Assembly: GCA_964354985.1 (NCBI GenBank)
Contig: CAYHBR010000003.1
Location: 4,809 to 68,808 of the forward strand
Direction of reading: 5' to 3'
Length of the DNA: 64,000 nt
Source of the DNA: an uncultured Candidatus Saccharibacteria bacterium
GTDB taxonomy: Bacteria > Patescibacteriota > Minisyncoccia > Phycocordibacterales > UBA9973
The notes under the pieces: model-generated
Seen by the model: only the letters and a program-made list of their open reading frames with translations
What the model was told of the DNA's origin: nothing
Databases searched by the model: none
Position numbers and translations under genes: made by a program
Shown here: in pieces, positions 8,753 through 18,980 of the stretch
Layout of the letters: the number at the start of each line of letters is the position of its first letter
How positions within the stretch are numbered: position 1 is the first letter of the stretch

Positions 8753-9361
8753 TTATCCTGTTATTTCGATAAGAGTGCCTCGTCGACCTGGGATTGCGCC
8801 TGAAATTAACATCACATTTTCATCTTTATCGATGTGTAAAATCTTCAAATTGCGGACAGTGATTTTATCACTACCCATTCGTCCTGCCATTCTCATTCCT
8901 TTTGGAACGTGAGTACGCAGACCGCCACCGATAGAACCAGCCTCACGTTCAGAATGCTTCTGTCCGTGTGAGCGAGGACCACCGTGGAATCCGTGTCTTT
9001 TTACAACACCCTGAAAACCCTTACCTTTTGTTATTCCTGATACACGAATTGTGTCACCTTCGGTAAAAGCTTCAATAGTGACATTTTGGCCAACTGTCAT
9101 TGCTTCTCCCCCATCGACACGATATTCTCGTACTTCAGAAAAATTACCGAGTTCTTTGAAATGACCGCGCTCTGATTTTGAAAGCTTTTCAGCTTTTTTA
9201 CTACCGAAACCAACCTGAGTGGCGCTATAGCCATCAACTTCTTTTGATTTCACTTGAGTAACAACACCAGGCATAATACTTACGACTGTTGCAGGAAAAA
9301 CCTTCCCGCCGACAGCGAAGAATTGTGTCATATTTTGTTTTTTTCCTAATATAAATTTCAT
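8753..9361 (-). CDS. rplC: 50S ribosomal protein L3
   Basis: 202 aa, ...GKGFQGVVKRHGFHGGP... the L3 signature. Confidence 0.95.
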   Translation of the reverse strand: MKFILGKKQNMTQFFAVGGKVFPATVVSIMPGVVTQVKSKEVDGYSATQVGFGSKKAEKLSKSERGHFKELGNFSEVREYRVDGGEAMTVGQNVTIEAFTEGDTIRVSGITKGKGFQGVVKRHGFHGGPRSHGQKHSEREAGSIGGGLRTHVPKGMRMAGRMGSDKITVRNLKILHIDKDENVMLISGAIPGRRGTLIEITG

Positions 9362-9419
9362 ATAGTCCAGTTTGTGGCTACAAGTTAATACACATCCAAA
9401 TTTTTAGTGATCGAGAGAG

Positions 9420-9791
9420 TTAGATCATCTTGACGTCGATGTCGACACCAGATGGCAAAGAGAGGTTCGTAAGTGCTTCGATAGTCTTTCCTGAAGGATT
9501 GATGATATCGATAAGGCGCTTGTGAGTTCTCATTTCAAACTGTTCACGAGAGTTTTTGTAAACGAAAGAAGAGCGGTTGACCGTATACTTTTTGATTTCG
9601 GTAGGAAGAGGCACTGGTCCAAGAACCTTTGCATCATAACGAAGCGCTGTGTCGATGATCTGTTTTACGGATGCATCAAGAACTTTGCTCTCATAGGCCC
9701 GAACGCGAATTCGGAGGATTGAGACAATAGCTTCACCACCTTCGGAAACTGTCTTCTTTGTTTTTTTGATTGTCGATGTTTTTGTAGCCAT
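9420..9791 (-). CDS. rpsJ: 30S ribosomal protein S10
   Basis: 123 aa, ...[24 protein letters not shown]... the S10 signature. Confidence 0.93.
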   Translation of the reverse strand: MATKTSTIKKTKKTVSEGGEAIVSILRIRVRAYESKVLDASVKQIIDTALRYDAKVLGPVPLPTEIKKYTVNRSSFVYKNSREQFEMRTHKRLIDIINPSGKTIEALTNLSLPSGVDIDVKMI

Positions 9792-9811
9792 GGGAAACTT
9801 TTAGCGAATTA

Positions 9812-11008
9812 CTACTTGATCACTTTCGTTACAACACCTGCACCGACAGTCTTACCACCTTCGCGAATTGCGAAACGAGTCTGATCTTCAAGAGCAACTG
9901 GAGTAATGAGCTTGACTTTAAAGGTCACGGTATCGCCCGGCATGACCATTTCTTTACCTTCTGGAAGAGTAACTTCACCAGTTACGTCTGTTGTACGGAT
10001 GTAGAACTGAGGCTTGTAACCTTGCATGAAAGGAGTGTGGCGACCGCCTTCTTCCTTTTTCAAGATGTACACTTCAGATTCGAATTCTGCGTGAGGGATG
10101 ATAGAACCTGGTTTTGCAAGCACCTGACCGCGAGTGATGTCTTCTTTCTTAAGACCGCGGACAAGAATACCAGCATTGTCACCAGCCATACCTTCGTTGA
10201 GTGACTTGTTGAACATTTCGATACCTGTAACAGTAGTCTTTTGAGTATCTTTGATACCAACAACTTCTACATCTTCACCAACCTTGACGATACCGCGTTC
10301 GATTTTACCAGTGACAACAGTGCCACGGCCTTCGATTGAAAATATGTCTTCAATAGGCATAAGGAATGGTTTTGAAGTGTCGCGTTCTGGAACTGGGATA
10401 AATGTATCAAGAGCGTTTGTAAGTTCAAGAATCTTCTGAGCCCATGGGTCTTCGAGAGTTGTAGCTTCAAGTGCCTTGAGAGCTGAACCCTTGATAACTG
10501 GTGTGTTTGCACCATCAAAGCCTTGTTTTGTAAGGATTTCGCGGATTTCTTCTTCGACGAGTTCGATCATATCCTTGTCATCAACCATGTCGCACTTGTT
10601 GAGGAAAACAATAATACGAGGCACACCAACCTGTTTTGCAAGCAAGATGTGTTCGCGTGTTTGTGGCATAGCACCGTCTGTCGCAGCGACAACGAGAACT
10701 GCACCGTCCATTTGAGCTGCACCTGTGATCATGTTCTTGATGTAGTCAGCGTGACCTGGAGCATCAATGTGAGCATAGTGACGAGCTGCTGTTTCGTACT
10801 CATTGTGAGAAAGGTTGATAGTAATACCGCGAGCCTTTTCTTCTGGAGCGGAGTCGATTTCGCCGACACCCTTCATTTTTACGATGTTTCCGTTCATTTG
10901 CAATACATGCAAAATAGCCGCGGTAAGAGTAGTCTTGCCGTGGTCAACGTGACCGATTGTGCCCACGTTTACATGGGGCTTATCTCTTTTAAATACTTCT
11001 GCTGCCAT
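9812..11008 (-). CDS. tuf: Elongation factor Tu
   Basis: 398 aa with [18 protein letters not shown] and NKCD GTPase motifs. Confidence 0.97.
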   Translation of the reverse strand: MAAEVFKRDKPHVNVGTIGHVDHGKTTLTAAILHVLQMNGNIVKMKGVGEIDSAPEEKARGITINLSHNEYETAARHYAHIDAPGHADYIKNMITGAAQMDGAVLVVAATDGAMPQTREHILLAKQVGVPRIIVFLNKCDMVDDKDMIELVEEEIREILTKQGFDGANTPVIKGSALKALEATTLEDPWAQKILELTNALDTFIPVPERDTSKPFLMPIEDIFSIEGRGTVVTGKIERGIVKVGEDVEVVGIKDTQKTTVTGIEMFNKSLNEGMAGDNAGILVRGLKKEDITRGQVLAKPGSIIPHAEFESEVYILKKEEGGRHTPFMQGYKPQFYIRTTDVTGEVTLPEGKEMVMPGDTVTFKVKLITPVALEDQTRFAIREGGKTVGAGVVTKVIK

Positions 11009-11020
11009 ATGATTTATAGT

Positions 11021-11047
11021 GGTTCTAGTACCCAGTGGGTACAGAAC
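11021..11047 (-). promoter_or_regulatory. 5'-UTR hairpin immediately upstream of tuf
   Basis: ggttct-a-gtaccc-agt-gggtac-agaac inverted repeat, 13 nt from the tuf ATG. Confidence 0.35.
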
Positions 11048-11181
11048 ATATATTAATTATAAAAAATCGACTATCAAAATAAAAACCGCTTTTGCGATTA
11101 AGCTCATACTATCAGAAAGAGGCAGGTTGTCAAATAATAGGCTTTGGGTGCGATAATTGGATAATAAAAAACCGGCCTAAA

Positions 11182-11883
11182 CTAAATAAGACCGGCTTCA
11201 ATAAGGAAGGATAATGCAAATTCGTTTTCAGTAGGAACTTTTGACCAATCGCGTGGCAATCCTGTGCTGTCGTCTAAGGCAAATTTCTCTCGAGTTAACG
11301 GTGTGTCCACAAGTGCTGGCTCGGCGACATGAACTCCAGCAAATTTGCCTGTTTCAAGTAGACGCTTCCCGAGAGCCATAACTCCTTGGTGTGACTGGAC
11401 ATAACCTTCTTCATTTACTCGCCAAGGATGACCGACTTCAAAATTTGCAGCTTGTGAACCAAAAAGGAACAAATTGGTTTTCTTCAACAAATCCCCTTTG
11501 ATATCGAGCAACGGCATTATTATGTTTTCCTTGGTAACCAAGTTGGCCTGACTATTGGCTTTGATAGATTCATCTACCGTTGCAAATTCATCATCAAACT
11601 TGAGAGTTCCGGCAGAGAGAATCACAGTACCGATTTCTATCCCGCTTGAAATTAGGCTTTCGATGTAGGATTTTGTTTCGGGTGCATTTTCAACATTACA
11701 TTTTGCAAAGACAATTGCTTGCTTGTTTATTGAATCTGCGAATTTTACTTCGGCTTTTTGCGTGTCACGGACTGGTGCGTATATGGTGTACCCATTTTCT
11801 GAAAGGATTTTGGTAATAGCACCACCTATTCCTCCCGTCGCTCCAGTTACAAGAACATTTTTGTTTTTTGTGTTATTTTCCAT
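11182..11883 (-). CDS. Short-chain dehydrogenase/reductase (SDR) family oxidoreductase
   Basis: 233 aa with VLVTGATGGIGGAI Rossmann motif. Inserted between fusA and tuf. Confidence 0.7.
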   Translation of the reverse strand: MENNTKNKNVLVTGATGGIGGAITKILSENGYTIYAPVRDTQKAEVKFADSINKQAIVFAKCNVENAPETKSYIESLISSGIEIGTVILSAGTLKFDDEFATVDESIKANSQANLVTKENIIMPLLDIKGDLLKKTNLFLFGSQAANFEVGHPWRVNEEGYVQSHQGVMALGKRLLETGKFAGVHVAEPALVDTPLTREKFALDDSTGLPRDWSKVPTENEFALSFLIEAGLI

Positions 11884-11922
11884 TGTTATGTATTTTACTC
11901 TAAACTAGCACAGATAGCGAAA

Positions 11923-11951
11923 GAAAAAAACTGCCATGGGCAGTTTTTTTC
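11923..11951. terminator. Bidirectional intrinsic terminator
   Basis: aaaaaaa-ctgcc-atg-ggcag-ttttttt. Confidence 0.6.
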
Positions 11952-11969
11952 TTTTAGTCTTTTTTCAAC

Positions 11970-12407
11970 TTAAATCAAAACCTGAACGCAAGTAGATGTC
12001 TCTGTCACAACTGAGCTCCCCATATTAACCTGAGTCTGAATGAGTGATCCTGTTCCACCTCCGTTTGGACGGCAAAAATACATATAAGCATCAGGAAGAA
12101 CTCCACCTATTCCAAAAGATCCAAGCATTATTTTCTTTAATGCATCATTGGTTTTTTGATCGACATCTATTCTGACTGCCTTACCGGTTTCTATTAAAGT
12201 TGAAAGTACGGCATCAGTAACTTTTTCTTCAGCTGACTTTTTAACAACAACAGACTTTGTTGTTCCTATGCTTTGAGAACTAGCCACTGCTCCCTCAAGG
12301 CTCATTGAATAATTTACTGCCATTATACTGATAAGAACTCCAACAACCACAGTTAAAATAATAAGGAGAATATGAAGCTGTGGATTTTTCTTTGGTATTG
12401 TTTCCAT
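11970..12407 (-). CDS. Hypothetical membrane-anchored protein
   Basis: 145 aa with an N-terminal TM helix (LHILLIILTVVVGVLISIMAV); no recognisable family. Confidence 0.5.
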   Translation of the reverse strand: METIPKKNPQLHILLIILTVVVGVLISIMAVNYSMSLEGAVASSQSIGTTKSVVVKKSAEEKVTDAVLSTLIETGKAVRIDVDQKTNDALKKIMLGSFGIGGVLPDAYMYFCRPNGGGTGSLIQTQVNMGSSVVTETSTCVQVLI

Positions 12408-12468
12408 ATTTTATATTTTATACTTAAATAAAATAATAAAAAGCGAAAGGTGTGCAAAAACTTAGCCA

Positions 12469-12498
12469 AATAAAAAACCGCAAAAATGCGGTTTTTTA
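12469..12498. terminator. Intrinsic terminator downstream of fusA
   Basis: aaaaaa-ccgc-aaaaat-gcgg-tttttt. Confidence 0.6.
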
Positions 12499-12535
12499 TT
12501 TGGCCCCTCTTTTTAAATTATTTTCTCGCTACAAT

Positions 12536-14677
12536 TTACTTTCTCGCAGTGATAATTTCTTCTGCAACATTCTTTGGGACAACATCGTAGCGCAGGAATT
12601 CCATGTTAAATCCAGCGCGTCCTTCTGTCATAGAGCGCAGTGCGGTCATATAACCAAACATTTCGGAAAGTGGGACAACTGCTTTAACAACTTGGTTGAG
12701 TCCACGAGACTCCATTCCTTCGATGATTCCGCGCTTTGCAGAAAGTGAACCGGTGACATCACCCATGAATTTATCTGGGGTGATAACTTCAACTTTCATC
12801 ATTGGCTCGAGAATAACTGGCTTTGCTTGCTTACAACCATCTTGAACAGCCATCGAAGCGGCGATTTTAAAAGCCATTTCGTTGGAGTCAACATCGTGGT
12901 ACGAACCGTCCCAAAGCTCAACAGAAACATTAACCATTTTAAAGCCTGCCAAAACTCCGCGATCAAGTCCTTCTCTAAATCCTTTTTCACAAGGTGCGAT
13001 GTACTCGAGAGGGATAGCTCCTCCTTTAATCGTATTTATAAATTCAAAACCTTCAGTTCTTTTTGTGTTTCTTGGCAAGTCTTCAACATCAACAGTCATA
13101 TCCATCGGCTTGATCTTGATCTTGACGTGACCGTAGTTACCGCGACCACCAGTCTGTTTGATATATTTTCCTTCAACTGAAGATTCGCCGGTAATAGTTT
13201 CGCGATAAGCAACTTGTGGCTTGCCAGTATTTGCTTCAACTCCAAATTCTCGCTTCATACGGTCGACGATAATGTCGAGGTGAAGTTCACCCATGCCGGC
13301 AATAATAGTTTCGTTGGTTTCAGCGTCAGTTGAAACACGGAATGTTGGATCTTCGTCAGCGAGGCGGGAAAGTGCGAGACCCATTTTTTCTTGGTCAGCT
13401 TTTGTTTTTGGTTCAATACGCATCGAGATAACAGGTTCTGGGAACACGATACGCTCGAGTAGCACTGGGTGATTTTCATCACAAAGTGTGTCAGAAGTTT
13501 TTGTATCTTTGAGTCCGACCGCGGCCGCGATTTCACCAGCGAAAACTTTTTTCACTTCTTCGCGGTCGTTTGCATGCATACGCAAGATACGACCGACGCG
13601 TTCTTTGTTGCGAGTTCGTGGATTGTAAACGTAAGAACCAGCAGAAAGTGTACCGGAGTAAACTCGGAAGAAAATGAGTTGACCGACAAATGGATCTGTT
13701 GCAACTTTGAAAGCCAAAGCCGAAAAAGGTTCTGTGTCAGAAGCACCCCTAGTTTCTTCTTTATCTGTGTCTGGATTTATAACTACTAGTGGTGGAATAT
13801 CAAGTGGTGATGGAAGGTAGTCAACAACAGCATCAAGAACAAGCTGAACTCCCTTGTTTTTGAGAGCAGAGCCAGCGAAGACTGGGAAAATTTCATTGGC
13901 GATAACCGCTTTACGAAGAATTTTCTTGAGTGTTGCGAGGTCTGGTTCATTGCCGTCAAAGTAAGCAGTCATAGCAGTTTCGTCGTGCTGGACAATTGCC
14001 TCAATAAGTTCGGCTCGATATTTCTCAACATCTGCTTTCATATCTTCAGGTACTTCGCCCTCGACTATTTTGCTTCCCATTTCGCCTTCGAAGTGGAATG
14101 ACTTGCGAGTGAGGAGATCGACGACACCTTCGTGTTTTTCTTCAAGTCCAATAGGGAGTTGCATTCGGATGGCTTTTTTGTTCAAGCGATCGAGAATTGT
14201 TTTGAAAGAGTGTTCAAAAGAAGCACCGGTGCGGTCGAGCTTGTTGATGAAACAAATACGAGGAACGCTCGCTTCGTCAGCATAGCGCCAGTTTGTTTCA
14301 GACTGTGGCTCAACACCAGCCACGCCGTCGAAGACGACAACAGCACCGTCAAGAACGCGGAGTGAACGCTTTACTTCCACAGTAAAGTCGATGTGTCCAG
14401 GAGTGTCGATGATATTGAAGCGAAACTTTTTGTTCTTGTCATCTGGTGCGTATGTTGGATTCCAGAAACAAGTAATAGCCGCAGCCGTGATAGTGATACC
14501 GCGTTCGCGTTCCTGCTCCATCCAGTCGGTTGTCGTCTCGCCGTTGTGAACTTCGCCGATTTTGTGCGACACACCTGTGTAATACAAAACGCGTTCAGAC
14601 GTAGTTGTTTTACCCGCATCGATGTGGGCGATAATACCGAAATTTCTTACTTTCTCCAGTGGGTAATCTCTTTCCAT
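12536..14677 (-). CDS. fusA: Elongation factor G
   Basis: 713 aa, ...[20 protein letters not shown]... a full-length EF-G. Confidence 0.97.
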   Translation of the reverse strand: MERDYPLEKVRNFGIIAHIDAGKTTTSERVLYYTGVSHKIGEVHNGETTTDWMEQERERGITITAAAITCFWNPTYAPDDKNKKFRFNIIDTPGHIDFTVEVKRSLRVLDGAVVVFDGVAGVEPQSETNWRYADEASVPRICFINKLDRTGASFEHSFKTILDRLNKKAIRMQLPIGLEEKHEGVVDLLTRKSFHFEGEMGSKIVEGEVPEDMKADVEKYRAELIEAIVQHDETAMTAYFDGNEPDLATLKKILRKAVIANEIFPVFAGSALKNKGVQLVLDAVVDYLPSPLDIPPLVVINPDTDKEETRGASDTEPFSALAFKVATDPFVGQLIFFRVYSGTLSAGSYVYNPRTRNKERVGRILRMHANDREEVKKVFAGEIAAAVGLKDTKTSDTLCDENHPVLLERIVFPEPVISMRIEPKTKADQEKMGLALSRLADEDPTFRVSTDAETNETIIAGMGELHLDIIVDRMKREFGVEANTGKPQVAYRETITGESSVEGKYIKQTGGRGNYGHVKIKIKPMDMTVDVEDLPRNTKRTEGFEFINTIKGGAIPLEYIAPCEKGFREGLDRGVLAGFKMVNVSVELWDGSYHDVDSNEMAFKIAASMAVQDGCKQAKPVILEPMMKVEVITPDKFMGDVTGSLSAKRGIIEGMESRGLNQVVKAVVPLSEMFGYMTALRSMTEGRAGFNMEFLRYDVVPKNVAEEIITARK

Positions 14678-14725
14678 AAATTAATACTTTGCTAAATAAG
14701 GCCGAAGCCCGCTTCAATAATAATG

Positions 14726-14755
14726 ATAAAAAAATAGTCCGCCAGCTGGCGGACC
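14726..14755 (-). terminator. Intrinsic terminator (perfect palindrome)
   Basis: gtccgcc-agct-ggcggac, followed on the minus strand by tattttttt. Confidence 0.5.
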
Positions 14756-14803
14756 GCCAATGGCAACACTATACGGCATTTGAGGCTGTTGTGCAAATAG
14801 AAC

Positions 14804-14835
14804 ACAAAATAAAAAGGCACTTGTTAGGTGCCCTT
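14804..14835 (-). terminator. Intrinsic terminator downstream of the 14872-15366 ORF
   Basis: ggcac-ttgttag-gtgcc hairpin, with a T-run on the minus strand. Confidence 0.5.
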
Positions 14836-14871
14836 CACTACTCAAAATAAACCCCACTCGCAATTAATTTC

Positions 14872-15366
14872 CTAATAAGACTTCGTGGTAGATGTCGCCT
14901 GACCCAATATCTCATTTTCCCTCTTCTGTAGGCTAGTGAATATCTCCATTGCTTGTGACTTGGTAACTTTCCCAAGATGGAAATTTTTAATATTCATCGC
15001 TGAATAACTTTCCTCTATTCTTTCCATTGGCGAAACCGCATAGTTTGCTTGTCTTTGCTCATCTTTAATGTAAATAAATCCGAGTTTCGTTTCGTGAGAA
15101 ACAACTGCGCCAATGAAACTTTTAAGAGTTTTTCCAAATGTCTCAGATGGTTTATGATCCCTGATTTCTCTTTTGAAAATTTCCGGGTGAAATGGCAAGT
15201 CAAACTTGAATTGCTTTGGCAAGATCTTGTATCCCTCAAGGCTCATATAGCAACGCAAATGAAAACCATGCTCTAGAAGTGACGCTAGTATGTGTTTTTC
15301 AAAATCGTTCATATGTTCTTGAACAGGAATAGGGACCATCGACATACTCGTGATTAGTTCTTTCAT
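14872..15366 (-). CDS. Hypothetical protein inserted between rpsG and fusA
   Basis: 164-aa ORF with no recognisable motif. It sits in a normally gene-free slot of the str operon. Confidence 0.5.
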   Translation of the reverse strand: MKELITSMSMVPIPVQEHMNDFEKHILASLLEHGFHLRCYMSLEGYKILPKQFKFDLPFHPEIFKREIRDHKPSETFGKTLKSFIGAVVSHETKLGFIYIKDEQRQANYAVSPMERIEESYSAMNIKNFHLGKVTKSQAMEIFTSLQKRENEILGQATSTTKSY

Positions 15367-15431
15367 ATTTATTTTTTCTTTACTCTACGCAAAATTGTTA
15401 TAAGTGTCAAACGGCCACATGGTGTCAAACG

Positions 15432-15456
15432 AAAAACTCCCTTTCGGGAGTTTTTC
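15432..15456. terminator. Intrinsic terminator downstream of rpsG
   Basis: aaaa-actccc-tttc-gggagt-tttt. Confidence 0.6.
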
Positions 15457-15488
15457 GTTTAGTTTAAAATTTGAACTTTTTCTTTTTT

Positions 15489-15956
15489 TTACCAAGCAAA
15501 ATGAGCAAAAGCCTTGTTTGATTCTGCCATTTTGTGAGTATCATCACGTTTCTTGATAGAAACACCTTCGTTCTTTGAAGCGGAGATTATCTCGTCAGCA
15601 AGCTTTTCAGCCATAGGTCGGCCTTTACCAGAGCGAGCAGTAGCTATTATCCATCGCATAGCGAGAGCGCGTTTGCGTTCTTCGCGAACTTCACGAGGAA
15701 CCTGATAGTTGGCACCACCAATACGGCGAGAGCGAACTTCCATCGAAGGACCAGCATTGCGGATAGCTGTATCGAAAACTTCTATAGGATCAAGTTTTGT
15801 TTTCTCTTTAATTATTTCAAGCGCACCGTAAACAACCTTGCGTGAAGTTTCTTTTTTACCATCCCACATAACGCAGTTGATAAACTTTCCAAGACGGGCA
15901 TTACTAAACATAATGTCTGGAGCTGGAATATTTCGGTTTTTGACTTTGCCTCGCAT
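15489..15956 (-). CDS. rpsG: 30S ribosomal protein S7
   Basis: 155 aa, ...GKKETSRKVVYGALEII... and a C-terminal ...KAFAHFAW, the S7 signatures. Confidence 0.95.
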   Translation of the reverse strand: MRGKVKNRNIPAPDIMFSNARLGKFINCVMWDGKKETSRKVVYGALEIIKEKTKLDPIEVFDTAIRNAGPSMEVRSRRIGGANYQVPREVREERKRALAMRWIIATARSGKGRPMAEKLADEIISASKNEGVSIKKRDDTHKMAESNKAFAHFAW

Positions 15957-16000
15957 ATGATTTTAATATTTTATAAAAAATTAATTATTATTTAGAGAGA

Positions 16001-16423
16001 TTATGCTTTTGCTGCCTTTGGTCGCTTGGCACCGTATAGTGAACGACTCTGACGACGCTTTTCAACACCTGTTGCATCGAGAACACCTCGTACAATGTGG
16101 TAACGAACACCGATCAAGTCCTTGACACGACCACCACGGATAACAACTACGGAGTGTTCCTGAAGTGTGTGACCTTCTCCTGGAATGTATGCAGAAACTT
16201 CTTGTCCGTTTGTAAGTCTAACGCGGGCAATCTTTCGGAGAGCTGAGTTAGGCTTTTTAGGAGTAGTGGTTGTAACTTTTGTACAAACACCACGCTTAAA
16301 TGGGGATGGGTAAAAAACTGGCTTGTTCTTGATGGTATTGAAACCACGAGCAAGTGCAACAGAACGCGTTTTGCGCGTCTGCTTTTTTCTAGCTTTTTTT
16401 ACGAGTTGGTTTATGCGAGCCAT
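16001..16423 (-). CDS. rpsL: 30S ribosomal protein S12
   Basis: [16 protein letters not shown]...[10 protein letters not shown]... canonical S12. The ORF-track start at 16447 is a TTG; the ATG at 16423 is the likely start. Confidence 0.93.
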   Translation of the reverse strand: MARINQLVKKARKKQTRKTRSVALARGFNTIKNKPVFYPSPFKRGVCTKVTTTTPKKPNSALRKIARVRLTNGQEVSAYIPGEGHTLQEHSVVVIRGGRVKDLIGVRYHIVRGVLDATGVEKRRQSRSLYGAKRPKAAKA

Positions 16424-16510
16424 AATGATGTAAATTAAATAGCCCAAAAGGGACTAGCGGGAATAATGTACTATGCCCTGCGGAAAAATGCAAGCACTAG
16501 TCTTTTGTCT

Positions 16511-17146
16511 TTAAGCAGAAATACCAGTTAGAAGGGTAAAAACAGAGAAAACCAACGGTAAAACCAATTTCCAGCCAAAAATGATGAAAATTATCACAAA
16601 TAGCAAGGAATAGCGTTCGAGTAAGGATTCGTACTTGAAATATCTCGCTGGTAATAATGAGAAAAGTATACGAGAGCCATCGAGCGGTGGTATCGGCATA
16701 AGATTGAAAATAGCCAATAGGACGTTTATCAAAACTATCGAAACAGAAATATTGAGGAATGCCCCAGCGGAAGCGGTTGGCAAAAATGTCATCATCGGTA
16801 AAAACCTGATCAGAACAGCAAAAACGACTGCAATAATAAGGTTCATTATTATTCCTGCTGATGCGACGATAAGTGTTCCTCGTCGGCGATTTCGGAAATT
16901 GTTCGGGTTGTATGGCACTGGTTTGGCCCAACCAAATAGAAAACCGGCGTGGGTGACAATGAGAAGTAGTGGCAAAATAATAGTTCCAACGAGGTCTATG
17001 TGTTTGATCGGGTTTAGAGTAAGTCTGCCCTTGAGTCTTGCGGTGGGATCCCCTTCTTTGTCTGCCATAAAACCATGGGCCACTTCGTGAACCATTACAG
17101 AAAGTATAAGTATTATGACGTAAAATATTGTGTCTTTGGCTTGCAT
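16511..17146 (-). CDS. Site-2 protease family zinc metalloprotease (peptidase M50)
   Basis: 211-aa polytopic membrane protein with HEVAHG (HExxH) and NLMPIPPLDG (LDG) motifs. Confidence 0.8.
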   Translation of the reverse strand: MQAKDTIFYVIILILSVMVHEVAHGFMADKEGDPTARLKGRLTLNPIKHIDLVGTIILPLLLIVTHAGFLFGWAKPVPYNPNNFRNRRRGTLIVASAGIIMNLIIAVVFAVLIRFLPMMTFLPTASAGAFLNISVSIVLINVLLAIFNLMPIPPLDGSRILFSLLPARYFKYESLLERYSLLFVIIFIIFGWKLVLPLVFSVFTLLTGISA

Positions 17147-17215
17147 AGATATGTCCCCTATGATAACATGCGTAACGCAATGGCAAAAGAGTGTGCAATA
17201 ACTAAAAAAAGTTCA

Positions 17216-17425
17216 ATGATGGCGAGCGGATACTCGAACAGTGTTCGTGCTACCAAATTTAACCCTACAGTCAATCGCAGAAAATACGCCAATCTACACA
17301 AAAAGAAGATTTTCGTTCCAGAACTCAACAAGTCATTTATTTTGACTCTTTCGACAGACGCTATCAAAACTATCAACAAGCGAGGGGCTTACATTACTCT
17401 AAAGAAAGCGGGAATAATAAAGTAA
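17216..17425 (+). CDS. rpmB: 50S ribosomal protein L28
   Basis: 69 aa starting MMASGYSNSVRATKFNPTVNRRKYANLH..., L28-like (ATKRRFLPNLH). The 5' part of the listed ORF is spurious. Confidence 0.78.
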   Translation: MMASGYSNSVRATKFNPTVNRRKYANLHKKKIFVPELNKSFILTLSTDAIKTINKRGAYITLKKAGIIK

Positions 17426-17430
17426 CCTCT

Positions 17431-17549
17431 AAAAACCCCCAGAGAAAGTATCCCCCGAGGGGTCGGAAAAAATCTGGTGATTTTTTCCTAGGCTTCGGCC
17501 CGTCGGCCTGCAGAAACCCCTCGAAAAATACTTTCTCCGGGGTTTTTTT
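17431..17549. other. ~120-nt multi-hairpin structured element between the convergent rpmB and MBL genes
   Basis: A 15-bp outer stem (ccccagagaaagtat / atactttctccgggg) encloses three hairpins: cccc-cga-gggg, ggaaaaaat-ctggtg-attttttcc, and ggc-ttcg-gcc. It is flanked by an A-run and a T-run. Confidence 0.45.
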
Positions 17550-17601
17550 ATTGAGACACCCTCGTATGGTGGGATTATTCTTTATTTTATTATCCATTGA
17601 T

Positions 17602-18507
17602 TTATTTCTCGGTTTTTGTGGAAAGGGTTTTGCCGTCTGTGAAAAAAGTGATGGTGCCGGAGTCGCAGGTGGAAATAGTTTTTATTTTTAGAATTGCGAG
17701 TTTGTCTATCACTTCTTTGTGAGGATGGCCATAAGTGTTATCACAACCAGCAGAAACTATTGCAATGCTTGGGTTTGTGGCTTTCAGAAAATTATCCGAT
17801 GTTGCTGAGCGCGAGCCGTGGTGACCGAGTTTTAGGACATCGGTGCTCATGTTTATTTCATTTATTTTTGTTTTATTTAGATTGTTATTAATTCCATTTT
17901 TCACAATTTTTTCTTCGACACTTGTTGGTGCGTCGCCTGTGAGCATAAATGTTTGCTCGCCAAAAGAAAGTAAGCCACTTACTGATGCTTCGTTTGTGTC
18001 TTCGCCTTCTGTTACAAAGTCTGGCGAGAGTATTGTAAATATTATTTTTTCTTCTTCCAGGGAGATAGTGGTGCCAGTTCTAGCGACAAGGTGCGGTACT
18101 TTTCGTAAAGCCAAAGAATCCAGCAAGTTTTTGTAAACTTTTGTCTCAGCAGAAACTCCAGACTCGACAAATTCCCCAACTTCGAAATTTTCAACCACAG
18201 ACTGTAGTCCACCAATATGATCTGCATCAGGATGAGTCGCAATGACGACATCTATTTTTTTATCCCCCGGAGCCATCACGTTTTTCAACTTTTTTAAAAG
18301 TACACCACTCGTTCGTCCGCCATCGATGAGCATATCCTTGCCGTTCGGAGCTTTTACATAAACACTGTCACCTTGTCCGACATTGAGAAATGAAACTTGG
18401 AGTTCAAGATTATTTGAACTGAAAACTTTAGCAGAAAAAAATATTGCCAAGTAGACAGAAAGAATACTTGCACCAATAAGAATTTTAGTTTTTTTCTGAA
18501 ATAGCAT
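17602..18507 (-). CDS. Metallo-beta-lactamase-fold hydrolase, ComEC/Rec2 C-terminal-domain-like
   Basis: 301 aa with N-terminal signal/TM and IATHPDADHIGG (HxHxDH) motif. Confidence 0.75.
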   Translation of the reverse strand: MLFQKKTKILIGASILSVYLAIFFSAKVFSSNNLELQVSFLNVGQGDSVYVKAPNGKDMLIDGGRTSGVLLKKLKNVMAPGDKKIDVVIATHPDADHIGGLQSVVENFEVGEFVESGVSAETKVYKNLLDSLALRKVPHLVARTGTTISLEEEKIIFTILSPDFVTEGEDTNEASVSGLLSFGEQTFMLTGDAPTSVEEKIVKNGINNNLNKTKINEINMSTDVLKLGHHGSRSATSDNFLKATNPSIAIVSAGCDNTYGHPHKEVIDKLAILKIKTISTCDSGTITFFTDGKTLSTKTEK

Positions 18508-18635
18508 CGTGAATGAATTATATATGAATGAAATGAATTTATTATCAAATTAAAAAAAGAAACCCCCGTACTGATTTTAGTCAGCCGAGGGTGTGTTCAT
18601 TGCTTACGGGCAATGGTGTTTGTACGGTGTGGGCA

Positions 18636-18791
18636 CTAATTTAATTTTTTTAGAATTTCGCTTGGGGTTATCCCGTAAGCGATTAAACCAAAATAGATTG
18701 AGGAAAACACTGTTACTAGTGCTACCCCGATCGTAAAAATTTCTTTGTTTTCGCTGATTTTCAAGGTCAGCACTTCGATTCTTTTTGCCAT
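18636..18791 (-). CDS. Small membrane protein (51 aa)
   Basis: MAKRIEVLTLK... with one TM helix. The start is placed downstream of the consensus promoter; the upstream ATG at 18878 overlaps the -35. Confidence 0.35.
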   Translation of the reverse strand: MAKRIEVLTLKISENKEIFTIGVALVTVFSSIYFGLIAYGITPSEILKKLN

Positions 18792-18849
18792 AATTTTTTT
18801 CAATTTTAAAGGTTTTTTGGTTTTTTTATATTTGTTTATTCTTATGTAC

Positions 18850-18878
18850 ATTATAGCAAGATATATGACTCTTGTCAA
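18850..18878 (-). promoter_or_regulatory. Consensus sigma-70-type promoter
   Basis: Minus-strand TTGACA, 17 nt, TATAAT: a perfect match to the canonical hexamers and spacing. Confidence 0.5.
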
Positions 18879-18980
18879 GTCCTGCCGTAGTCCGTAAAGG
18901 AGACGAGCGAATTGGCCTTATATTACAAGGTTGGGGTGGGCACCATAGAAATAACTATTATTTCCACCAGAAGGCACAGG

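Noticed and set aside
16497-17198. 233-aa minus-strand ORF overlapping the M50 protease gene
   Set aside because: It is an alternate frame of 16511-17146, which carries HExxH and LDG motifs. The 233-aa product is compositionally odd (W/R/Y-rich).
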